NCBI GenBank assembly: GCA_035221665.1
Contig: CM069131.1
Coordinates: 24,428,001 to 24,492,000, forward strand
From: Okamejei kenojei
Taxonomy: Eukaryota
Direction of reading: 5' to 3'
Length of the DNA: 64,000 nt
Below the pieces are notes generated by a model. That model saw only the letters and a program-made list of their open reading frames with translations. It was not told the origin of the DNA and did no database searches. The number at the start of each line of letters is the position of its first letter. Within the stretch, counting starts at the first letter, position 1. The translations under genes were made by a program, and so were the position numbers. Shown here one piece after another: positions 51,941 to 64,000 of this stretch.

Positions 51941-52624
51941 ATTAGAAAGGATCCTATGAGAGATCAACGATAAGGCAATATATATTCTGAGCCCAGTAGT
52001 GAACATCATGGAAAACATCTTGACCATGACACCCGACACTCCCATTACCTTTTGCTCCTCTGGAACGATTCTAATTTCCTATATGTCATGAAAACTAAAA
52101 ATGTCAGTGAGTTCTGTTATTTCCAGGTGTTCGAACTGGGTTTAAAGTAAATTCAAGACTTAATATAACAAACACACTGTGTCATGTAGCAACGGTATAA
52201 AAGCCAAAGGACCGTTTGGACTCCTTAATATTTAGAAATTTTTCATTTGCTGGTGTCATGTCATGTTAATTATTTTTTGATATGTATTACAGAACATAGG
52301 TTGCCCAGCAGGGAGGGCAACAGTTAATTTTTATTTCTTTTTCCGACGGTAAAACACATTGCTATTTTTTCTGGTAATTCCACAAGAAAACAGCAACTCT
52401 TCGCTTCTAGTTGGTTAGTAACTCTGTGTGCCTGCCGCACTGTCAGTTAATTTTTTCAGACCTGTAGTCAAGTAATTGTCAGCCAGTAGACAGGAAAAAA
52501 CTCTCAGTCAGTGATCTAAGTCCATCTGTAGGTCAGGTAATACCTCAAGCATGTAGCCAGAAATTGTCAGCCTGTAGTTCTCAGGGGTCCCTGTGGCAGA
52601 AGCTCCTGGATCCTGAGAACTAGC

Positions 52625-55600
52625 AAAAACATAAGAATATAGGTTGCAGGAGTAGTTGCCATTCGGCCCTTCGAGCCTAGCAACCGCCATTCAATATGAT
52701 TCATGGCTGATTATCCAAACTCAGTTATCCTGTACCTGCCTTTCTTTCATCCCCCCGATCCTTTATAGCACAAGGGCTACAGCTCTAAAACTTCCCTTAA
52801 AGTATAGCAAAGAAACTGGCCTCAACTACCTTCTGTGGCAAGAGAATTCCAGGACTCACCACTCTCTGTGTGAAAAATGTTTTCTTCATCTCGCGTCCTA
52901 AAGGATTCCCCCTTATCCTTAGACTGTGACCCCTTGTTCTGGACCACCCCAACATCGGAAACAATCTTCCTGCATCTAGCCTATCCAACCCCTTAAGTAT
53001 TTTGTAAGTTTCTATAATATCCCCCTCAGATTCTAAATTCTGCGAGTACAAGCCAAGTCTATCCAGTTTTTCCTCATATGAAAGTCCTGACATCCCAGGA
53101 ATCAGTCTGTTGAACCTTCTCTGTACCCCCTCTATGGCAAGAATGTCTTTTCCTCAGATTTGGAGACAAAATTGTACGACAATACTCAGGTGTGTGGTCT
53201 CACCAAAACTTCTGTACAACTGCAGAAGACTCTGCTCCTATACTCAAATCCTTATGCTATGATGCTAAATACCATTTGCTTTCTTCACTGCCGGCTGCAC
53301 CTGCATGCCTACTTTCAATGATTGGTGTACCATGACACCCAGGTCTCGTTGCATCTCCTCTTCCTAATTTGCCACCATTCAGATAATCGTCTACCCTCCT
53401 GTTTTTGCCACCAAAGTGGATAACCTCACATTTATCCATTTATACTGCATCTGCCCTTGCATTTGCCCACTCACCCAGCCTATCCAAATCACCTTGCAGC
53501 CTCCTAGCATCCTCCTCACACCTAACACTACCCCCCAGCTTAGTGTCATACGCAAACTTGGAGATGTTGCATTCAATTCCCTCGTCCAAATCATTAATAT
53601 ATATTGTAAATAGCTGGGGTTCCAGCACTGACCCTTGCGGTACCCCACTAGTCACTGCCTGCCATTCTGAAAAGGACCCGTTTACTCCTACCCTTTGCTT
53701 CCTGTCTGCCAGCCAGTTCTCTATCCACATCAATACTGAACCCCCAATACCGTGTGCTTTAAGTTTGTATACTAATCTCTTATGTGGGGCCTTGTCGAAA
53801 GCCTTCTGAAAGTCTAGATATAACACATCCACTGGTTCTCCCTTATCCACTCTACTAGTTACATCCTCAAAAAATTCTATAATATACCTTTCGTAAATCC
53901 ATGCTGACTTGGTCCAATGATATCACCACTTTCAAAATGTGCTGCCATCCCATCTTTAATAACTGACACTAGCAGTTTCCCCACTACCGATGTTAGACTA
54001 ACTGGTCTGTAATTCCCCGTTTTCTCTCTTCCTCCTTTTTTTTAAAAGTGGGGTTACATTAGCTACCCTCCAATCCTCAGGAACTACACCAGAATCTACA
54101 GAGTTTTGAAAAATTATCACTAATGCATCCACTATTTCTGTGGCTACTTCCTTGAGTACTCTGGGATGCGGACTATCTGGCCCTGGGGATTTATCGGCCT
54201 TGAATCCATTCAATTTACACAACACCACTTCCCGGTTAACCTGGATTTCACTCAGTTCCTCCACCTTATTTAACCCCTGCTATTTCCAGCAGATTAGTTA
54301 TGTCTTCCTTAGGGAAGACAGAACCAAAGTAGTTATTCAATTGGTCTGCCATGTCCTTATTCCCCATGATCAATTCACCTGTTTCTGACTGGAAGGGACC
54401 TACATTTGTTTTAACTAATCTCTTTCTCTTCACATATCTATAAAAACTTTTGCAGTCAGTTTTTATGTTCCCTGCCAGTTTTCTTTCATAATCTATTTTC
54501 CCTTTCCTAATTAAGCCCTTTGTCCTCCTCTGCTGGACTCTGAATTTCTCCCAGTCCTCTGGTAGGCTGCTTTTTCTGGCTAATTTGTATGTTTCATCTT
54601 TTGTTTTTATACTATCTCTGATTTCCCTTGTTATCCATGGATGTTCCCTGATCCATGGACCTTCCCTGATTTATTCTTTTGCCAAACTGGGATGTACAAT
54701 TGTTGTAGTTCATCCATGCAGTCTTTAAATACCTTCCATTGCACATCCACTGTCAACCCTTTAAGAATCACTTGCCAATCTATCTTGGCCAATTCACGTC
54801 CCATGCCTTCAAAGTTACCTTTGTTTAAGTTCAGAACCCTTGTTTCTGACTTAATTATGTCACTCTCCATCCTAATGAAGAACTCAACCATATTATGGTC
54901 ACCCTTGCCCAAGGGGCCACGCACAACAAGACTGCTAACTAACCCTTCCTCATTACTCAATACCCAGTCTAGAATAGCCTGCTCTCTCGTTGGTTCCTCT
55001 ACATGTTGGTTTAGAAAACTATCCCGCATACATTCCAAGAAATCCTCTTCCTCAGCACCCCTGCCCATTTGATTCACCCAATCTATATGTTGATTGAAGT
55101 CACCCATTATAACTGTTTTGCCCTCGTTGCACGCATTTCTAATTTCCTGTTTGATGCCATCCTCAACTCCACTACTACTGTTAGGTGGCCTCTACACAAC
55201 TCCCACTAGCGTTTTCTGCCCCTTAAGAGTTTCGCAGCTCTACCCATATTGATTCCACATCCTCCAAGCTAATGTCCTTCCTTTCTATTGCATTAATCTC
55301 CTCTCTCACCAGCAATGCTACCCCACCTCCTTTTCCTTTCTGTCTATCCCTCCTGAATATTGAATATCCCTGAATGTTCAGCTCCCAGCCTTGGTACCCC
55401 AGGAGCCAAATCTCCGTGATCCCATTAATAGCTATCTGCACATTCAACTCGTCCACCTTATTACAAATGCTCCTCGTATTGAGACGCAAAGCCTTCAGGC
55501 TTGTTTTTACAACACTTACTCCTTATACAATTATGTTGACAAATGGCCCCTTTTGATTTTTGCCCAGGAAACCCACCACCTCTTATTCTCTGTTTATTAT

Positions 55601-55720
55601 TTTTTTCTTCTTTCCCCTCTACATGTTGGGTCTGAGTGCTTCCCTTCTCTGCCTCCTGCCTCAGACCCTGTCTACTAGCTTTCTCTATTTGAGTCACACC
55701 CCCCAACCGTTCTAGTTTAA
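52625..55720 (-). mobile_element. ~3.1-kb CR1 LINE (APE, RT and tail; frameshifted, with internal deletions)
   Basis: GITEIWL, GGGVALLV, MGDFN, DHNMV; KSPGPD; [18 protein letters not shown]; CR1 tail at ~52630-52720. Confidence 0.93.
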
Positions 55721-57195
55721 AGTCCCCCCAGAAGATGCCAAACTGGTCCCTGCTTGTCCCCCGCAGCCGCACGTTCAAAGACTCGGCGGACTACTGCCTG
55801 TAGTGGAGAAGCCATTGAGCCGGCCCCTGCTCATCCCCCGAAGAACAGATTCTGGAGAGGATGGGCAGGGCTGCCAACATTGGGTGAGAGTTGGGAGTGA
55901 GAAATTGCGAGACCAAGCCCGAGAGAGCATAGCGACCGGGGGTGGGGGGGGGGGGGAGGAGGGTGTCTCCCCTCCCATTGGTACAGAACTTCTGCATTTT
56001 TCAGCTTGAAATTGTGTAATATGGTGAATACTGTAGAGAGTCTTTTAACTTACACTTGAATGCAATATATACGCTTTAAATTGGATTAGCTATGAATAAA
56101 GTTAGAGTAAATTACATTCCTAATTACATTCCACAGTAGAGCCCAGGCTCTAATCCATACATGCAGCACATTGTATTCAAGTATGGAAATCAGATTATAA
56201 TCAAACACTTGGCCCATGTTGGCCAACCTGGGTCTCACTGCACACCTGGTACTACTACTAGTCCTGACTCCAGTTGCATACCTTCTCTCATTCCTGTCCC
56301 TGAGTCCAGCCCTACACCTGGCCCCCTATTCTACCCTGATCATACCTGCTTACCTGCTTAGGTTCCCAGTGCTGAACACACCCCTGGTCCCAGCTTTGAC
56401 TGCACACCTAGCACTATTCCGGACCCTGACTCTGGATGCACACTTGGCCTTGCTCGTCGCCCCTTTGCACTGACAATATATCTGGCCCACACATAAAGCC
56501 CCATATCTGACCCCCTGGACTTAACCTATTACGTTCAAGTCCACAGGTGCTTAGCTAATGCAGTAATCCTTTATGGGGCATTTCACAGACCAAATTATTG
56601 ATAACAAAATTTGCTACATTCATTGGCTTCCTTGTTATCTAACATGCGAGTCACTTTGTCAAAGAAGTCATCAATTGGTTGAACACAATACCCATCCATA
56701 AAATTATACTCACTCAGCTGTATAAGTATTCTGATACCATTTATTTCATTTTCGTACAAACTGTCCTGAAGTCATCAGGCTAATTACAAATCAATAACAT
56801 TAGCCAACTCCGAAAGATCATTGGGATCCAAACATCATGGACAACAGGCCTCAGTTCCCCGCTCATATCTGGCAGTGTTCCCCATCTGAACCAGGGTCTG
56901 CGGAGCGTTTATGAAAGTGGGGAGGCTGAGCGATCACTGATCACTGGCCTTGGGGGGTACCCAGTAAGGGAGTGGATCAACCGAGTGGGGAGAGGGTGTG
57001 GAAGAAGGGTGTCCCCCCCTCTCACGGTAGGAACTTTTTGAAATTTGATGTATTAAAATCATGTTTTAGTGCATTGTAGAAGTATGATTTCACATGTTTT
57101 TTGTATGAAGTATTTTTAAGAGGTACCTTTTTAAGGGGTAACTTTATCCACACAAAGGGTGGTGGGTGTATGGAACAAGCTGCCAGAGGAGGTAG

Positions 57196-58355
57196 GGTAC
57201 ACAAAAGGCTGGAGAAACTCAGCGGGTGCAGCAGCATCTAAGGAGCGAAGGAGATAGGCGACGTTTTGGGTCGAGACCCTTCTTCAGACTGGTCAGGGAT
57301 CAGGAAAACGAGAGATATAGACGGTGATGTGGAGAGATAAAGAACAATGAATGAAAGATATGCAAAAAAGTATCAATGATAAAGGGAACAAGCCATTGTA
57401 AGCTGTTTGTGGTGTGAAAATGAGAAGCTGGTGCGACTAGGGTGGGGGAGGGAGATAGAGAGAGAGGGAATGCCAGGGCCCGAGGGCTGAGGGAGAGGTG
57501 GGAAGGGGAGGAGACAGCAAGGGTTAACAGAATTGAGAAAATTCAATGTTCATGCCCAAAGGATGCAGACTCCCCAAGCAGAATATGAGGTGCTGTTCCT
57601 CCAACTTGCAGTGTTGCTCACTCTGGCCGTGGAGGAGGCCCAGGACCGAGAGTTCGGATACGGAATGGGAGGGGGAGTTGAAGTGCTGAGCCACCGGGAG
57701 GTCGGGTTGGTTAATGCGGACCGAGCAGAGGTGTTCGGCGAAACGATCGCCAAGCCTCTACTTGGTCTCACCGATATAGATCATCTGGCATCTGGAGCAG
57801 CGGATGCAGTAAATGAGGTTGGAGGAGGTGCAGGTGAACCTCTGTCGGACCTGGAAGGACTGCTTGGGTCCCTGAAAGGAGTGGAGGGGGGAGGTGAAGG
57901 GACAAGTGTAGCATTTCTTGCGGTTGCAAGGGAAAGTGCCTGGGGAAGGGGTAGAGCGGGAGGGAAGGGAAGAATTGACAAGGGAGTTGCGGAGGGAGTG
58001 GTCTTTGCGGAAGGCAGACAGGGGGGGAGATGGGAAGATGTGGAGAGTGGAGGGGTCACGTTGGAGGTGGCGAAACTGGCTGAGGACTATGTGTTGTATT
58101 TGCCGGCTGGTGGGGTGAAAGGTGAGGATCAGGGGGACTCTGCCCTGTTTGCGAATGGGGGAATGGGGAGAGAGGGCAGTGTTGCGGGGTATGGAGGAGA
58201 CCCTGGTGCGAGCCTCATCTATAGTGTGGGAGGGGAATCCCCGTTCTCTGAAGAATGAGGCCATTTGTGATGACTTGGTGTGGAACACCTCATCCTGGGA
58301 GCAGATGCGGCATAGGCGGAGGAATTGGGAATATGGGATGGAGTAGGCAGGAGTA
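57196..58355 (-). mobile_element. Penelope-like retroelement 3' fragment (GIY-YIG endonuclease plus LTR) inserted in a CR1 fragment
   Basis: IPYSQFLRL, PGTFPCNRKKCYTC and FTCTSSNLIYCIRCSRCQMIYIGETK. TSD CCAGAGGAGGT at 57183-57193 and 58356-58366. Confidence 0.92.
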
Positions 58356-58604
58356 CCAGAGGAGGTCGTTGAGCCAGGGACCATCCCAACATTTAAGAAA
58401 CAGTTTGACTGATACATAGATAGGACAGGTTTGGAAGTATGGACCAAAAGCAGGTAGCGTAGCTGGGAAATGTTGGCGGGTGTGGGCAAGTTGCGCTGAA
58501 GGGCCTGTTTTCACACTGCATCACTCTATGACCACATTATACCTCCACCATGAATGAATGCTTCAAAATCAAGTGATCGAGTTTTATTTCCATATACCCA
58601 AGCA

Positions 58605-58760
58605 TAGAAATGTAAAAAATAGGTGCAGGAAGAGGCCATCGGCCCTTCGAGCTAGCACTGCTATTCAATATGATCATGGCTATTTATCTAGAATCAGTAC
58701 CTCTTTCCTGTTTTTTCCCCATATCCCTTGATTTTGTGAGCTAAATGTAACTCTCTCTTG
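58605..58760 (-). mobile_element. CR1 3' end
   Basis: Reverse complement of the CR1 tail (AATAGGTGCAGGAAGAGGCCATCGGCCCTTCGAGC). Confidence 0.85.
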
Positions 58761-59375
58761 CTGCTCCTGCTTCCAACTCCCATGGCCCATGCAGTTGATA
58801 TGAGTTTTGAAATTTTCGTTGATCACAGAATTTCTCACGACAGAGCGTGATTCTGCTCCCATCCCTCCCTGAGCCACGGCGCTCCAACACCCGTGGACCA
58901 TGCAGTTTATCTGAGTTTTGAAATTTTCGTTGATTACAGAATTTCTCACCACAGAGCGTGAGAAATTTCTGATCAGCGTGAGGGCGTGAGAGTTTCTTCA
59001 AATGCGTGATTCTCACGCTTTGAGCGTGAGAGTTGGCAGCCGTGGGATGGGGCTGGTGACAATTAATGCAAGGATCATGATCAATAGGAGAGGGACCGGG
59101 GTCAGGCCTACCGCGCCCACAAGGTCGGCTGCAGGAGGCACTCCAGGGGCACAAAGGTGGACGTGCATGAAGAGGGATGTTGGTTCGCTGGTCGATCCAC
59201 ACGACCAAGGAAGATGATGTCTGGAGGCGCTGTGGCAGTCTGGGGCATGCCTGGATCGGGCTTCACTCACAAGACCTAGAGTGCTGACTGCCCTTTGGAA
59301 GTGGTGCTAAAACCTGTTGCCTCTAGCACCTGTCTCACTGGACTAGTTCTGTACATTTTGCTAATCGATTATTGT

Positions 59376-60149
59376 TTTTTTTTAATTTTTTAATTAAAAA
59401 AAAGTTATTTTTTGGAAGCAATTGTAGAAAAAAAAGTATCTTGACAATTCTACAACTCTAGCACAACTTCAATTTTAACATTTTACAAACAGAATATTAC
59501 ATTGAAAAGAGAGGAAAGAGAAGAGAAAATAAAGAGTAAAATGAAAAGGAGAAAGAGGAGGAGATATGTCCATCAACCCACCCATGTGCCCGCTCACTCA
59601 GCCCTACAAACATTTTTGAGTTTGTGTTCAACCATTGTATTGCTCAAGAAATTCCATAAATGGAGAAAATATTGTTTTTAATTGTTCTGGTTTGTCAATC
59701 AAGATAAACCTAATTCTTTCTCGATGTAGTGTCTCTGTCATTTCCGCAATCCACATCTTCACTGAGGGGACTGTTGTCTTTTTCCAAAATTTAAGTATGT
59801 TTTTTTGCTGATATTAGACCGTAATCAAGAAAGCGTCTTTGAGAGACCGTAAGGTTGCTACATGCCTCTGATATTCCCAATATTATCAATTTTGGGTCTG
59901 ACTCTACTGGAGTTTTCAGTGTTTTAGAGGTGACGCTGAATACTTCCGTCCAAAAACTTTCTATTTTTTTGCACAGTGCAAAACTGTGGGTTAAGGTGGC
60001 TTCTTGAGATTGACATTTATCACAAAAAGGGGAAACAGTGGGGAAAATCTTGCTCAATTTGGTCTTTGAGTATTACAGCCTGTGCAGCACTTTAAACTGT
60101 ATCAGGCAGTGTCTGGCATTTAGAGAGCAATAAGGTATGTATTGTCGGC
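59376..60149 (-). mobile_element. 5'-truncated L1 of a different subfamily
   Basis: CDKC…HSFALC, DPKLIILG and a poly(A) end. 20-bp TSD TTTTGCTAATCGATTATTGT at 59356-59375 and 60150-60169. Confidence 0.9.
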
Positions 60150-60263
60150 TTTTGCTAATCGATTATTGTGCTTAGGTAATGACAATACTTTACTGAACTG
60201 TACTTAAGGAAATAATTTCACTGTGCATTTGTACATGTGCCAATAAAGCATCATTAAACATTG

Positions 60264-60512
60264 AGTAACTCACAGCCTGTAGTCAGTAACTCTCGGCCTG
60301 TAGCACAGTAAATCAGGACCTGTAGTCAGCAATTCTCAGGCTGTAGTCAGTATTTCTCAGCGTGTAGGTCAGCAACTCTCCGCCTGTAGATCAGTAACTC
60401 AGGCCTGTAGTCTGTAACACTCAGCCTGTAGTCAGTAGTCCAGGGCCAGTAGGTCAGTAACTCTCAGCCTGTAGTCAGTAACTCTTGGTCTGTGGTCAAT
60501 AACTCTGATCTG
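60264..60512. repeat. ~20-21-bp minisatellite
   Basis: About a dozen degenerate CAGTAACTCTCAGCCTGTAGT units. Confidence 0.9.
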
Positions 60513-60699
60513 TAACTCCTCAAGCTATAAAATGCATAAATGTTATTGAAATTCATAAATGAAAAACTATTCATTTCTTTTAGTGACCAGGTTAAACAAT
60601 AGCACTTGTATATCTCGTACGACAATATCATTAGAGCCTCTTGTACCACATTTGTTAGAGATTTCTAAATAATATCTGAGGGTATTACTTGTAACAAAA

Positions 60700-60960
60700 A
60701 AAAAGATCTCGCACTTTTCATGTCTCAAAGGCAATTCTCACTGAATAATAGGTTTTGAAGTGATGCCACTGTTATTTCTTAGGCAAATATGATAGGCGAT
60801 GTAAATGCTTGTCAGGATGCCAGAGAACATTGTGTTTTTCTTCAAAGTAGCATTGGAATTGGCCACCTGAGAAGATTTAATGGATTAATGTCCTTCACTA
60901 CCTGCCCATTCTGTATTTATTTAAAAAGGGTGGGATTTGAACATAGAAGCCCAGAAATCT
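60700..60960 (-). mobile_element. Ancient Deu-domain SINE relic (SacSINE1/AmnSINE-like)
   Basis: TTTTGAAGTG…CACTGTT, CTTCAAAGTAGCATTGGAA…CCACCTGAG and a tRNA B-box complement GTGGGATTTGAAC. Compared with the consensus from memory only. Confidence 0.5.
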
Positions 60961-61579
60961 TTTGCTGATGAAGCACTGGGATTGCACTTTTATAATTGCA
61001 ATCTAGTCGAACAGCGCAAGTGCATTCTTATGGGGGCAACAATTTGTAATACGGGAAACATGCACGTGACTGTTTTTCCAAGTTAAATTTGCCTTCACTT
61101 CGCTATGCAATTAATTCACAAGACTGTAGCCGCTTAGGGTAACAATTGACACAAAGGTGCACCACTCTGCTGCTAATGATGTGGCTCGGAGAATGGACGA
61201 GAGGTGAATGCCTTCTGGTTTACCAAGTATGATCTGTAGACATGTGTGAACTCAAGCCCTTCCAATGCCACTCTCTCAAGCCCCACTCTGAATTTTGCAT
61301 TGAATCTGTACTCCTCAAACTGCAGGTTAGATCTGAAATCCATAATGGCCCTTTAGTTCATGTGGCTACAGAGAAACATGGCTGACTGGTGACAGTCCAA
61401 TGACTGATGTGTTTATCATATTTTACCTAATTTTAAATGCCAGCAATTAAAAAAAAAAGCATGGCAAGAAGAATGACATGCAATATGAAAAGTTGTCATC
61501 AGCCCAACGTGAAGTGCCCAATCAAACTTGCAGACCAACATGAAATGATCTGGAAAATGTTGTTAATTAAGAAATATTT

Positions 61580-61723
61580 GGGGTGGGAGATTGCAACCTT
61601 CACGTGGTCCGCCCTGTTTCGACGAATGCAATCAACCAGGTGTGCACAATCAAATAAGAACAAATAGAACAAGATGTCCTACAACTGTAGGCTGTGCACA
61701 CCATACGCAAGAAGAAGAAGAAG
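61580..61723 (+). mobile_element. 144-bp short retroposon with (AAG)n tail (RTE-type tail, unclassified)
   Basis: TSD AAGAAATATTT at 61569-61579 and 61724-61734. 3' stem-loop CCTACAACTGTAGG. Confidence 0.75.
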
Positions 61724-62339
61724 AAGAAATATTTAATGTGTGACGTGTATAGCACTGAAGAAATCAACATGAGACACTCTAAATTCTTGGCCGCAGCCTC
61801 TTGACTTGAGCGTTGAGAGTGCAAGGAGACATGAAAGTATTAATTTGAAGGCTGTGCATTTGTTTCCCATTGGAATGGAGGAAATGACACGTAGAAACAG
61901 ATGAGCAGAGGGATTAACAAGTCCAATTTGGGTTTGCTAAAAACAGCTGGCAAAAGTCGTCAAAATGGCATCCTCGATGTGACTGTGACTGATAATTTAA
62001 CCATGTTTAATTCAGTGATGACTGTAATATTTTCCTTGCTGTTTTTATAACTTGGATTTCATCGTGCCAATTATATTCACAATATAAGTGAATAATTTAT
62101 TGAATGTAATTGGAAATAATAAACTAACATCTACCAATGTCATTCAGAATACAGTTTAAAGTAGTATTCTGCAATATTTCCTAAAATGTTTAATTGCTAA
62201 AACTGTAGTTGCATTAAAGTTGGAAAGATATTTATGACAAAAATATAAATTGTGGGTAATAGATGTGTAATGAAATAAAGACTACAACTGGACATTTTGA
62301 AGGCAGGAGAATAACCTATTAAGTAATAAAATAATGTCA

Positions 62340-63900
62340 ATTTTACTTCGGAGTTACGTGAGTGATTCCGTGAAGAAGCCCGTGCAGGCCGCATGCGCGT
62401 CATTACGTCAGCCGCATTGGCGCAAGCACCAGACTGGCAGGGCAGAGCTCCTGCCGGCGGTAAGTGAAACCTAGAAGGTAAGTTTGTTTTTACTTATATG
62501 GGGTTTTTCGAGCAGGAGTCTCTCTTTACAGAGGTTTTTCTGCCAGTTTCACAGCCCGACGAGTGAACCGGTTATGGACAGAGGGGAAAGCCCGGTCCGA
62601 CCGCGGAAGCGGATAACCGGCAAAAGATTGGGTTGTGAGATTAGGAGCTGCTGACAAGGCAGTCAGCGGCTTCCAGCCTGTGAGGATGCCTTAAAATGGC
62701 AAGGAAATAACGCCAGAGTCGCTGACAGTGCGGTCAGCAGCTCACAGACGTTGGTCTCCAGGCAGGGAACAAATTTGGGGAGAAAGGACTCGTTCAGCCC
62801 TATTTGGGCTTGGGTATAGGTCCAATGGGTTCATATCAGTATAGGTATCCTGCGGCAGCGCCTGTTTAGGGCTGCCTACGAATCGCCCCCCTCTGAGGAG
62901 GGGGGAGCAAAAGGTCAAGAGATAACTGACTCCAGGCTCTAAAGAACTCAATAGAACATACTGAAGCACATATGTGCCGGCAGTGAACAGCGCCAACAGG
63001 GGGGTGAGAGCCAGTCGCCGAATTCAGGTAGGCCTATTCAACAGGGGAAGAAAAGCTGGCAGACAAATCAATTAAGGCCATCGGCGGGCAAAGGTCATCG
63101 TTTCAGAATGCACCCCAGGCGCTCATCTGCAGTAGGCGGTTCACTGGAGCTGGGGGCATGATAGCTCAGAAATTCCATGCACCTTACCAACCCAACTTAA
63201 CAAAGTGGGTCTAGCACTCCCAAAACATGGGTAAGTGCACCGTTCACAAGTTGTAATATTTACATTTGTTTGTACAACAGACAAAGGATAAAAACATCTG
63301 GTTTAGGCACAGTATTAGCATTCCAAGCAAGTTTGGATTATGCGTAGGGTTATCTTTGAAGTTAAAGTTTGGAGATCGGGCCAAAGTTCTCATGCAAACC
63401 ACCCATGGAATAAGGCAGGAGTGGCATGTTTATTATGAAAAATGGAGAGTGTCGGGCATATGAACTTTCCGAATATGAAAACTTATTTTTCTGACTAACA
63501 ACAGATTCATAAGAGTCTCAAAGATCCATGCTATGCAATTCCCATTACTGAGGTTATCAAATACAATATAACTGTACTAATAACAGTAAAACATTGCGGA
63601 ATGGGATAAACTGTTCGTTAGTCATTGGGATTTACCTTTAATTATTAATTGGCCTATGACTCCGCCCTGTGGCAAGAGATTGGAGTTAATAGCAACCTGT
63701 TATAAAACGGACTTTTATTTAATCAAGAGTAATTGGCAATATAGTAGCTGTGTTTCAGCTGAGCAAATCAAAGAACTGATAGCGTGCAAAGTAGCGACCT
63801 CTCAAAGGATATGTAGACCATTGTTGACAACCTTATGCTATGGTCAGCTGAAGCTACCTCAGTCACAATGATGAAAAAACAGTATTCAGCATTGCTGAAC
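62340..63900 (+). mobile_element. Highly degenerate or noisy DIRS-like retrotransposon
   Basis: CpG-rich terminus TTTTACTTCGGAGTTACGTGAGTGA. VPAVN remnant at ~62975 and LKDPCYAIPI at ~63517-63546, resembling the DIRS RT motif LKDAYxxVPI. Confidence 0.45.
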
Positions 63901-64000
63901 ATGACAATTAACTCATTTGAACTTGAACTTGAACTAGCTCCAGTAGTTTGGTCGGTCGAATTCAGTTATTACAAACTGATGCTAAGGACTCTAAGGTGAG

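Larger units (their letters stand above)
55866..59044. mobile_element. TIR DNA transposon shell (hAT- or P-like, non-autonomous) containing nested inserts
   Basis: Termini CAGGGCTGCCAAC / GTTGGCAGCCGTG flanked by GGATGGG on both sides (55859-55865, 59045-59051). GTGAGA subterminal repeats. 111-bp tandem duplication at ~58771-58960. Confidence 0.6.

Noticed and set aside
57533-58258. 241-aa plus-strand ORF
   Set aside because: Antisense shadow of the Penelope GIY-YIG coding strand.

Overview
Eukaryotic (vertebrate) genomic DNA, almost certainly elasmobranch (shark/skate/ray, inferred from the HE1/V-SINE and CR1-HER1-type tails and the receptor sequence). The only host gene is the 5' end of NR3C2 (mineralocorticoid receptor) on the minus strand: the large first coding exon (CDS 6135-4355, N-terminal domain), candidate untranslated first exons and a CpG-rich promoter (~7100-8700). 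The ~55 kb upstream is a gene-free, transposon-rich tract. It holds a TSD-flanked full-length L1, CR1 and Rex/Babar LINEs, Penelope elements and palindromic Penelope-LTR relics with hammerhead-like cores, Tc1, hAT/Buster, a Harbinger-type MITE, a solo LTR, a DIRS-like relic, SINEs, minisatellites and a 2.3-kb G/A tract. Several stretches look like assembly/consensus noise, including a base-level chimera inside the L1. I found no convincing novel protein-coding system. The most interesting signals are the Penelope hairpins, recurrent templated junction insertions, deep TE nesting and the NR3C2 regulatory and N-terminal features. Identities and alignments were judged by eye.
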